Positions 10,676 through 20,191 of a stretch of 64,000 nt of DNA are shown piece by piece. Made by a program: the position numbers and the translations under genes. Under the pieces are notes generated by a model, which searched no databases, was not told the DNA's origin, and worked only from the letters and a program-made list of their open reading frames with translations. The stretch's first letter is position 1. Each line of letters begins with the position of its first letter. The DNA is from an uncultured Actinomycetes bacterium. Lineage in GTDB: Bacteria; Actinomycetota; UBA4738; HRBIN12. Where the stretch lies: contig CAVWWK010000003.1 in assembly GCA_963758715.1 (NCBI GenBank), forward strand, positions 22,664 through 86,663, written 5' to 3'.

Positions 10676-11757
10676 GCACCCCTCCCCGGTATCGCCAGAC
10701 CCACGGCGACCGCCAGCAGCGGCTCGGCTTCGGCGAGCGCCTCCTGCGACAACGACAGCTGGGAACGCGCCTTCCCGAAAACCTGGCCCCCGTCGACCTC
10801 CACCGGGATCCGCTGACGGAGCAGATCGAGGAAGCCGTCCAGCTTGGAGCCGCCGCCCGTGACGATCACCCGGGCGATGCGTCCGCCCTGGGCCTGCGCC
10901 GTGTAGAACTCCAGCGAGGAGCGGATCTCGTCGACGAAGCTCGAGGCGCGCTGCATCGCGAGCTCACGCACCCGCTCGCGGTCGGGAGCCTCGGCCTGTT
11001 CACGGTCGCCTTCTTCGATGACCACGTCGATGTCCTCACCGCGCTTGAGCCGTTCGGCGACGTCGTCCTCGATGCCCAGGCCTCTGGCGATCGCGTTCGT
11101 GATGTCGCGGCCGCCCGAGGGCAGGATGCGCACGAACCGGGTCGTGCCCGCCGCGTGCACCACGATGTTGGTGACGTGGGCGCCTACGTCGATCACGGCC
11201 TCGTCGCCCTCGTCCTCCAGGTCCATGCCCACGCCGGTGGTGCCGACCGACCGCACCATGGCGAACGGCACCAGATCCAGGCCGATCGGTTCCAGCTTGG
11301 CGCTGGTCGCCGAGCTCACGAGCATGTCGACCATGCCGCGCTGGGCCGCCACCAGCAGCATCCGCAGCATCTTGCGATCGTCCTGCTCGAACTCGCCCAG
11401 GGGGTCGTAGTCGAGCACGGCCTCATCGACCGACATCGGGATGAACTCCTGCACCTGGAACCCCAGGGATGCCCTGAGCTCCTTCTCCGGCAGGTAGGGC
11501 AGGGCGATCTCCCGCACCACGACGCGCTGGTTGCCGACCCCCATGTAGACCCGCTTGGACTTGAAGCCTCCGCGCTGCCAGAGCTCGCGAAGGGCGTCGG
11601 CGACCACCTCGGGCTCGCGCACCTCGCCGTTCTCGACCGCTCCCGCCGGCAGCGGCACCTGGGCGGCGTGGATCACCGACGGTGGGTCCCCGCCGGTCAC
11701 CTCCACGGCTCTCACCGCTGTGGAACCGATGTCGAGCCCGATCCGGCCCCTGGCCAC
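10672..11757 (-). CDS. pilM: type IV pilus assembly ATPase-fold protein PilM
   Basis: Intact 361-aa ORF. Actin-like fold motifs: IGLDIGSTAVRAVEV, VIDVGAHVTNIVV, VIVTGGGSKLDGF. Confidence 0.9.
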   Translation of the reverse strand: MARGRIGLDIGSTAVRAVEVTGGDPPSVIHAAQVPLPAGAVENGEVREPEVVADALRELWQRGGFKSKRVYMGVGNQRVVVREIALPYLPEKELRASLGFQVQEFIPMSVDEAVLDYDPLGEFEQDDRKMLRMLLVAAQRGMVDMLVSSATSAKLEPIGLDLVPFAMVRSVGTTGVGMDLEDEGDEAVIDVGAHVTNIVVHAAGTTRFVRILPSGGRDITNAIARGLGIEDDVAERLKRGEDIDVVIEEGDREQAEAPDRERVRELAMQRASSFVDEIRSSLEFYTAQAQGGRIARVIVTGGGSKLDGFLDLLRQRIPVEVDGGQVFGKARSQLSLSQEALAEAEPLLAVAVGLAIPGRGA

Positions 11758-11943
11758 CTAGGCCCCCTCCACGCGCACGGAGCGGTCCCGGAGGAATCGC
11801 TCCAGGTCCGCTTCCCTGATCCGGTAGTTCTTGCCGACGCGGACGGCGCCGAGCTCGCCGCCCTTGATCAGTCGGTAGACCGTCATGTTCGACACGCGCA
11901 TGGCAGAGGCGACCTCCGAGACGGTGAGCAGGGCCCCCGTCAC
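11758..11943 (-). CDS. small helix-turn-helix DNA-binding protein, excisionase/MerR-like (DNA-binding domain only)
   Basis: 61 aa: LLTVSEVASAMRVSNMTVYRLIKGGELGAVRVGKNYRIREADLERFL (HTH_17-type). Its stop directly abuts the pilM start codon (0-nt gap). Confidence 0.8.
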   Translation of the reverse strand: MTGALLTVSEVASAMRVSNMTVYRLIKGGELGAVRVGKNYRIREADLERFLRDRSVRVEGA

Positions 11944-12164
11944 GAACGGCTGCGCTTCGCCCGTCGCGTTCTCCGTTCTCTCCAGTGCTCGCGTGTCACT
12001 CGTGAGTCACATGTGCCACGTGATGCACATCTGCCACATCACACTCATCAGGGCACACCAGTCCCTAAGAGCCTTGCCACGAAACACCAGGGGGAAGGGC
12101 AAGTCAAACACCCGCGGCACACCGATTTCGGGCCGTCTGCGCAGGTGGGAAGGGGTCGAAACGG
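11944..12164 (-). promoter_or_regulatory. AT-richer intergenic region upstream of the HTH-pilMNOP operon, with palindromes
   Basis: A 221-nt non-coding gap between the pilD stop and the HTH start. Palindromes CACATGTG (12008-12015) and CACGTG (17-22 of the same line, 12017-12022). Repeated TGCCAC and TCAC motifs. A TTGACT hexamer on the minus strand at 12101-12106. Confidence 0.4.
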
Positions 12165-12890
12165 CTACGCGGAGGCGCCGGCGAAGGTGCGCAGGTACCA
12201 GTCGGCGAGCTGCTGGCCCCAGAACGCGGCGACGACCGCGCCGGCGGCCATGTAGGGCCCGAACGGGATGAAGCTCTTGCGGTCGAGCCCGATCAACAGC
12301 GCGACGATGCCGCCCAGGCCCCCCAACAGGATCGCGGCTCCGGCGGCGACGCCCACGAATCGCAGGCCGATCGCGCCGAACACCATGCCGATCACCACGC
12401 CAAGCTTGGCGTCCCCCACGCCCATCCCCCGGGAGATCAACGCCAGCACGAAGAGGCCCCCGCCGTAGGCGAGCAGGCCCAGCAGCGCGCGAACGGGATC
12501 GGTGCCGCCGTCGAACAGCCGTGCAACGACGATGTAGGCCGCGAACCCGGCCGCGGCGGGGTAGGTGATCTTGTTGGGGATCAGCTTGTGGCGGATGTCG
12601 ATGGCCGAGATCGCCGGCATCAGGGCCAGCAAGGCTGCCACCATGATCCCGACCCAGATCCGCTCGTTCACGTACATCGCGGCGCTCACGAGCAGGGCGG
12701 TCGCCAGCTCCGTGAGCGGGTACTCGATCGAGATGCGCTCTCCGCAGCTGTGGCAGCGCCCGCGCAGCAGGAGCCAGCCCACCACCGGGATGTTGTCGCG
12801 GTTGCGGATCTCCGCCTGGCAGCGAGGGCACTTCGAACGAGGGTGCAGGACGGACTCCCCCGCCGGCACCCGGGCGACCACCACGGTCAT
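12165..12890 (-). CDS. pilD: prepilin peptidase (A24 family); 5-prime end probably extends to about 12968 across a frame break
   Basis: CPRCQAEIRNRDNIPVVGWLLLRGRCHSCGERI zinc-finger loop. Catalytic-type motifs IDIRHKLIPN and GMGVGDAKL. The in-frame peptide upstream of the ATG (LRALLALPFGLAIGSF) is the usual first TM helix, but it is cut off by a stop at 12957. Confidence 0.88.
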   Translation of the reverse strand: MTVVVARVPAGESVLHPRSKCPRCQAEIRNRDNIPVVGWLLLRGRCHSCGERISIEYPLTELATALLVSAAMYVNERIWVGIMVAALLALMPAISAIDIRHKLIPNKITYPAAAGFAAYIVVARLFDGGTDPVRALLGLLAYGGGLFVLALISRGMGVGDAKLGVVIGMVFGAIGLRFVGVAAGAAILLGGLGGIVALLIGLDRKSFIPFGPYMAAGAVVAAFWGQQLADWYLRTFAGASA

Positions 12891-13024
12891 GAAGCTGCCG
12901 ATCGCCAGGCCGAACGGGAGCGCGAGCAGGGCCCGCAGCCAGGCGTCACTCGTCGCTCAACGAGACATCGCCGGTCACCGGCGACCCTACCCCGCACCTT
13001 CGTCCAGACCGTGGAAGGGTCCGC

Positions 13025-14440
13025 TCAGATCTCTCGCACGTACGAGACGTCCTGGGCGAACCCGGTGATGTCACCACCGAGGCCGGGCACGAGCACCGGT
13101 GTGTAGGTCATCGTGAACTGGTTCTCGATCGAGACCGAGCCACCGAACGCCTGACCCTTGAACCCGTTCTTGTTCGCGAGGTCGATCGTGCACGGCGTGT
13201 AGAGCATGAGGTTGATGTACGTCGTTGTAGTTCGTGCTGTTCTGCTCGACGATGTCCTTGTTCGGTGAGCCGCCGAACAGGTCGTCCCCATGTGCTGAGG
13301 AACATCAGGTTCTTGATCGGACCCGCCGTGCCGTTCCAGTTGGTGTTGTTGGCCATCGAGATCCCCCAGTCCGTGATGATGGCCAGGTGACCCGGGACGG
13401 TGATGTTGGTGAGGTTGCTGAACGAGAGCGTGCACGCGGTCGCGGGCTCGTGATCCGGATGACGTTGTTGCCGGTCAGCGTTCCGCCCGTGAGCAGCGTC
13501 TGTGGCGGCGGTGCAGCGACGCCCCGCGAAGGTGTGGATCGTGTAGCCCGCCCAGTCGGACGCGTTGTAGACGAACTCGGGGAAGACCTGCGTCGGCACG
13601 GCGCCGAGGGTGTAGCCGGGGTACTTCGTTCCGGCCACCGCCAGGCCGTTCCCGATGGTCGAGCCCGAATAGGCGTCGCGGCCGACCGATGCCGAGTTCG
13701 ACCCGTTGGCGGCGCCGGAGTTCGACTTGACGTCGCGGTCCACGCGGGCGGAGTTGCTCATCGAGATCGACCCGCTCGCCCACAGGTCGCCGTAGATGTG
13801 CCCGCTGTTCTGGATCGTCGCCGACCCGTTGGGAACGTAGACGTTGCCGCGGATCTCCGTGCTGTTCTGCAGGGTGAGGTTGCCGTTCAGGATGTAGACG
13901 TCGCCGTCGTTGCCCGTCAGCCCGTACACGTCGAAGTTGTTCGAGAAGCTCGCGCCGCCGTTCGACATGATCGCCGAGCCGAAGCCGGCCCTGATCGGCG
14001 ACAGGCGCGCGAACGTCTCGATCTGCCGGGCGGCCTCGCCCTCGGACACCCCCGTGGAGGTGACCTTGACGAATGTGGGCGGGTCCGATGCCAGGAGCGG
14101 ACAGCTCATCGGCGTCGTCCCGTCCTCCCGGTAGAACGTGATCTCCGCCGTGTAGGTGGACTCGGCCGGCTGAGAGTTCATGCACGGCCGTCCTGTCGTC
14201 ACAGCTCATCGACGCGAGCGTCGTCGTCTGGATGTACTGCCAGAAGTCGTTCGCCCCAGCCTCCGCCGCGTTGATCGAGGTCACCCGCTGCCGGTCGAAC
14301 CCGCTGGCATCCAGGGAGTGGATCGACTGCGCCACCACGACCGAGGACAACATCAGGATCACGAACGCCACCATCAGGGAGACGATGAGGGCCATCCCCC
14401 GTTCGTCGTGGTGCAGTCGTCGCAGCTGGCGCAGCATCAT
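13025..14440 (-). CDS. PilX-N-terminal-domain pilus protein with beta-helix repeat region (frame-disrupted)
   Basis: ORF 13475..14440 gives the N-terminus ERGMALIVSLMVAFVILMLSSVVVAQ..INAAEAGANDF (PilX_N-like). ORF 13108..14202 gives the repeats GNVYVPNGSATIQNSGHIYGDLWASGSISMSNSARVDRDVKSNSGAANGSNSASVGRDAYSGSTIG. ORF 13025..13435 gives the C-terminus. At least 3 breaks. Confidence 0.7.
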
Positions 14441-14462
14441 CGTCGTTCCTCCTGGCTCGTTC

Positions 14463-15080
14463 TCACATGTCGCTCGGGAGCTCTTGGCACACCTCGTCCG
14501 GGTAGCCGAACGAGGTGTTGCGTCCCGTCAGCGACGAGGTGAAGGTCTGGGTGGCGCTGGGGTCGTTGGCGAAGTCCACGTTGGCCTTGAGCGCCACCGA
14601 GACGGTCCGTCCCGTCGCGTCCAGCGTGAAGGCGGGGCTGCTCAGGTCGCGGTTCACGATCCCCGTCGCGACCACGCGCCATCCTCCGGTTGGGGTGTCG
14701 GGAGCCAGGACCGGCCACCACCGGTAGAGCAGGCGCTGCTCGTCGTCGATGAACCACACCGCGCAGCGCGGATCGTCGACGGGCTGGAACTTCGCCTGTG
14801 TGTAGACCCGGAACATGTAGCCGGCGGCAGGGACGCCGAACGGGCTGACGTTGCCGGTCTCCGACGCCGGGTTGTACAGGATGTTCCCCGAGCGGATCTG
14901 CCGATCCATCTCGGCCAAGGAGATCCTGGCCTCGTCGTTCAGTCGCGACCGTACGTCCTGGGTGACCACGGCCTGCTGCATGCTCGCGAGCGTCGAAGTG
15001 AACACGAGCATCACGATGCCCAGGATGCCGGTGGCGACCACGACCTCGACGAGCGTCAGGCCGTCCTGCCGACCGAGCAC
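14463..15080 (-). CDS. minor pilin, PilW-like (prepilin-type N-terminal cleavage/methylation domain)
   Basis: Intact 205-aa ORF (GTG start). Class III signal RQDG/LTLVEVVVATGILGIVMLVF with Glu at +5. Confidence 0.8.
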   Translation of the reverse strand: MLGRQDGLTLVEVVVATGILGIVMLVFTSTLASMQQAVVTQDVRSRLNDEARISLAEMDRQIRSGNILYNPASETGNVSPFGVPAAGYMFRVYTQAKFQPVDDPRCAVWFIDDEQRLLYRWWPVLAPDTPTGGWRVVATGIVNRDLSSPAFTLDATGRTVSVALKANVDFANDPSATQTFTSSLTGRNTSFGYPDEVCQELPSDM

Positions 15081-15121
15081 CGAGACCCAGTCGCGAGCGG
15101 AGGGAGCGGGCCGTCATGCGA

Positions 15122-16921
15122 TCATCCCGCCGACGGCGGGGGCCCGTAGACCCCGCGCGTGATCAAGGTGCCGGGGTCGACCGTGACGTCCAGGTCGACC
15201 TCCCGGACGCTGTCGACGATGACCTCGTAGTTGAACGTGATCTCGATCGCCTGCACTGTCGCCTCGGTCTCCAGCTTGATCTCCGGGACCCCAGCGTCGG
15301 TATCGTTGACGTAGGCGGGCACCTGCGCTCGGACGATGTCGCCGGCGTTCACGGTCACACGCCACGTCACGCTCTGGCCGTCGACGGTCTGGGTCTTCGA
15401 GCACGAGAACGCGAGACTGTCGAGCGACGAGCTGGTCACCGCCGCGCTCGTGAACGAGCTCGTGCCGCTGTTCCAGTAGGTGAAGGTCCCCGCGAGGACG
15501 CTCGCTGCCGGCCCCGTCGCGGTTCTATCACCTGCATACACCCGCGCTGTGTCGTTGTAGCCGGTCAGGCTCATGCAGTAGTTGGCGGGATCCGTATCCG
15601 TCGCCGACATGTTGGTGGGCGCGCTCATGCCGGCCGTTGGGAACCCACCCAGGTACACGTCGCCCAGATACCGGGTCGCCTGCACGTCGACCAGTCCGTC
15701 GTAGTCGGTCACCGCATCGCGTTCGGCGGTCGCGAGGGAGCTGGATCCCGGCTGCGGTGATCCGGACGAGCTTGGCCGCCCCGAGGGAGGCCACAGCGTG
15801 GTCCATCGGCACGGCGGCGCTCACGGTGTTCACCTGGCGGACGAACGCCCCCGCGCACGGCAGGGAGTCGGTCTCACGGGTGCCCGAGGGCGGGCAGGCG
15901 TACGTGTCGGCCGCCGCCGCGGCCGTCGAGACGTTCGCGTTGCCGGTCTGGCCCGCGGGTACGTCGAGCTGCAGACCGATCTCCTCGGCGGGCCAGAAGT
16001 CGGTCTGGTGGCGTTCGACGGCATCGCCGGGGCCGGTCAGCGTGAGCCCTGCTGTGACATCGTCGGGTGAGGAAGGATCCGTGTCTGCCGACGCCGCGAC
16101 CGTCGCTCCCGCGCCCTCCTCCAGCCCGGCGGAGTCGGACATCGTCAAGGTGGACTCCGCCGCGTCGGCACGAACGCTGGTCACCTGTTCCTGCTGCACC
16201 AGTGCGCGCGCTTCCGGGAAGCCCATCGTCGCTCTGTTCGAAGTCCACGAAGAAGTCGTGCAGTTGCCCCCTGATGGTGATCGAACCCGCCGGGACCTCG
16301 GCGAGCCCGTAGAAGTAGGGCTGGCACGGAGCCGCGAACGGGTGGGTCGAGGAGCTCACGCAGCCGGTAGGCGAATAGAACTTGCTCTCGAGCCGCACGA
16401 GGTTGTTCGGCGCGCCGTCGATCGCGCCCGCCCGACCAGGACACGATGACGGTCACGGTGTAGGGGTTGTTGACGATGTTCTCGTTCGTGACGTAGGTGG
16501 CCCAGCTCACGGGAAGATTGCCGACGGTCGTGGTCCCCTGGTGCGGGATGATCCATTGCGCGGTCGTGCCGTCGGGCACCACGGACGAGACGATCTTGGT
16601 CCCGGAGCAAGACTCGAACCGATAGGTCCCCGAGCAGTTGACGATCCGGGAGTCTCCCGTCAGGTCGGTGGACGCGAGTCCCTGCTGGATCGTGCTGTAG
16701 GCCTGCCCGCGGATCTCCTCCATGATCTTGTTCGCGTAGCCGGTGGCCTGCTGGCGGTCGCGGCCGTAGGAGATGTAGCGGAACCCGATCGTCGCCGTGT
16801 AGGCCAAGGCCGTGAGGGAACCGAAGATCACGACCATGGCGATCATGGTCTCCACGATCGTGAAGCCCCGCTCCTGGCTTGCACAGGAACGGAGCCGACG
16901 GGCCAGCGTTCGTCGGGTCAT
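15122..16921 (-). CDS. large modular minor pilin, PilV-like N-terminus plus roughly 430-aa C-terminal extension (frame-disrupted)
   Basis: ORF 16181..16960 has the class III signal QERG/FTIVETMIAMVVIFGSL and a PilV-like core ending TVTVIVSWSGG. The peptide continues through ORFs 15874..16398, 15528..16226 and 15122..15712 to a TAG at 15122. At least 3 breaks. Confidence 0.7.
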
Positions 16922-17048
16922 GGGTCCTTCCGGAATCGGGCGATGTCTTCTGGTTCGCATCGGCAGCGTTCGGGCAGTGCTTGAGGCTCCGGGGGTCGGT
17001 CATCCTCCCCACTCGCGCGGCCGTTCGCAGGATGGCCTAGGACGCGAG

Positions 17049-17072
17049 AAGGGCGGCCCGGAGGCCGCCCCT
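17049..17072 (-). terminator. hairpin downstream of pilA
   Basis: Minus strand AAGGGGCGGCC-TCCG-GGCCGCCCTT: a 10-bp stem with a tetraloop, 30 nt after the pilA stop, followed by CTCGCG (the preceding TT is inside the stem; no real U-tract). Confidence 0.55.
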
Positions 17073-17100
17073 TTCGTGGTGCAGGTGCTGCGTGCCTGAC

Positions 17101-17594
17101 CTACCAGGCGGTGCCTGCAGCGCCATGCAGCGCTCGTCGCCGGCGCAGTCCGCCGCCGTGGCGGTCGAACCGTAGAGGTCCCGCACCTGTGCCGTCGAGA
17201 CTCGTCGATCCAGTAGCAGGTGCCCGACTGCGACAGGGCCGCGGCCGAGAACTCGCTGATCCGCCTGGCCACCAACGGCCGCTGACGCGAGGTCGGACCT
17301 GCGTCGGTGCGGTCGAGTCCGACACGTTGTAGACCAGAGAAGGCTCGATGGCCTCCAGTCCCGTCGCCCGTCGGCGCCAGAGAAGTCACTGGTGTCCGTG
17401 TACGACGTCTTGGCAGCGGCCAGGGCGTTGCGCAGGCTCGACTGAGCAGCACGGTTCTGTGCCCGCTCGCGGGCACCGAGGAACGTCGGCAGCGCGATGG
17501 CGATCAGGATGCCGATGATCAGAACGACCACCATCAGCTCGATGAGGGTGAAACCAGCCTCCTCATCTGCGCGCTTCATGAAGCGCTTGAGCAT
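17101..17594 (-). CDS. pilA: type IVa major pilin (frame-disrupted)
   Basis: AAGGAAAGGAGG RBS, then MLKRFMKRADEEAG/FTLIELMVVVLIIGILIAIALPTFLGARERAQNRAAQSSLRNALAAAK (ORF 17037..17651). The C-terminal half hops frames (CYWIDES.., ..DCAGDE..). TAG at 17101 precedes the hairpin. Confidence 0.85.
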
Positions 17595-17753
17595 GTGCCG
17601 TCGCCTCCTTTCCTTTGTTTCGTGCGCACCCCGTCGGCGTGCGTTCCCCAACGTTTTCGGTCCGGTCGTGGCGCGACCTGAAGCGGCAAAGGGTCAGAAC
17701 TTGGGAATCCTCCGAGCGCCCTACCAGGCAACGGGTACGCCGAGGAGTCCTAC

Positions 17754-18972
17754 CTACTGGATCTGCTGGATGATCCCGAACATCGGCATGTAGAGCGCGA
17801 TGACGGCCGCGCCGACGCATGCGCCGATGACGGCGATGAGGAGCGGCTCGATCAGCGAGGTGAGGGCGTCGACCGGTGGCCTCGACCTCCTGGTCGTAGA
17901 ACTGCGCGACCTTCTCCAGCATCGTGTCGACCTGGCCGGTCTCCTCACCGACGGCGATCATCTGCACGACCATCGGCGGGAAGACGGCGTGGCGGCCGAG
18001 CGGCTTGGCGATCGACTCACCTTCGCGGACGCTCGTCTGCACGTCGTCGACGGCCTTGGAGACGATCACCTTGTTGTTCACGGTGTCGGACACGATGTCC
18101 AGCGCCTGCAGGATCGGCACGCCCGGCGCTGAGCAACATGGCGAAGGTGCTGGAGAAGCGCGACAGCGCGGTCTTGTGGAACAGGCTGCCGAAGACCGGG
18201 ATCCGCAGCTTCAGCGGTCGACGGCGTGCGGCCCTTCTCGGTGCTTCTTGTACCGGCGGAAGAGGAACCGCGCCGACGAAGACGACGCCGATGACGATGC
18301 ACCAGTAGCTCTTGACGATGTCCGAGATGGCCAGCAGGGCGCGGGTCGGCAGCGGCAGCGTGCCGCCCAGCTGCGCGTAGATGCCCTCGAACTGCGGCAC
18401 GACGAACAGCAGCATCGCCGACATGATCAGCACGACCAGCCCGACCACGGCGACCGGGTAGGTCATGGCCGACTTGATCTTGCCGCGCAGGTGGACCTCG
18501 CGTTCCAGCATCGCCGCCAGGCGACAGCAGGGTGGTGTCGAGCGAGCCGCCGGTCTCTCCCGACTTCACCATCGAGACGTAGAGGTCGTTGAAGACCTTC
18601 GGATGCTTCGGCCATGGCGCCCGGACAGCGAGGCGCCCTGCTCGACGTCGTCGCGGCATGTCGCGAGCGTCTCGGCCAGCAGCTTGTTCTCGGTCTGCTC
18701 GGCCAGGATCGCCAGGGCGCGCAGGATCGGCAGCCCCGAGTTGATCATCGTGGCGAACTGCCGCGAGAAGACCGCGAGGTCCTTGAGCTTGACCTTGGGC
18801 TTCGGATGTTGATCTCGAGGTTGAGGCCCTTCTTCTGCTTGCCCACCTCGAGCGGCGTGTAGCCCATCTCGCGCAGGCGCTGCAGGACCAGCAGCTCGCT
18901 GTCGGCCACCAGCGTCCCGGTGACCATGTTGCCCGCTCTGTCGCGGACCTTGTACTCGAACGTATCGGGCAT
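17754..18972 (-). CDS. pilC: type IV pilus platform protein PilC (GspF family), heavily frame-disrupted
   Basis: N-terminus [43 protein letters not shown] (ORF 18745..18972). Then [98 protein letters not shown] and [27 protein letters not shown] in four other ORF fragments. Confidence 0.85.
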
Positions 18973-18984
18973 CGTTTCGCTCCT

Positions 18985-20189
<1,205 letters not shown>

Positions 20190-20191
20190 CG

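Noticed and set aside
11758-11943. The excisionase-family HTH as a prophage or integrative-element remnant
   Set aside because: There is no integrase, att-like repeat or phage gene nearby. The gene abuts pilM with a 0-nt gap inside the pilus locus. I treat it as a pilus-associated regulator candidate instead.
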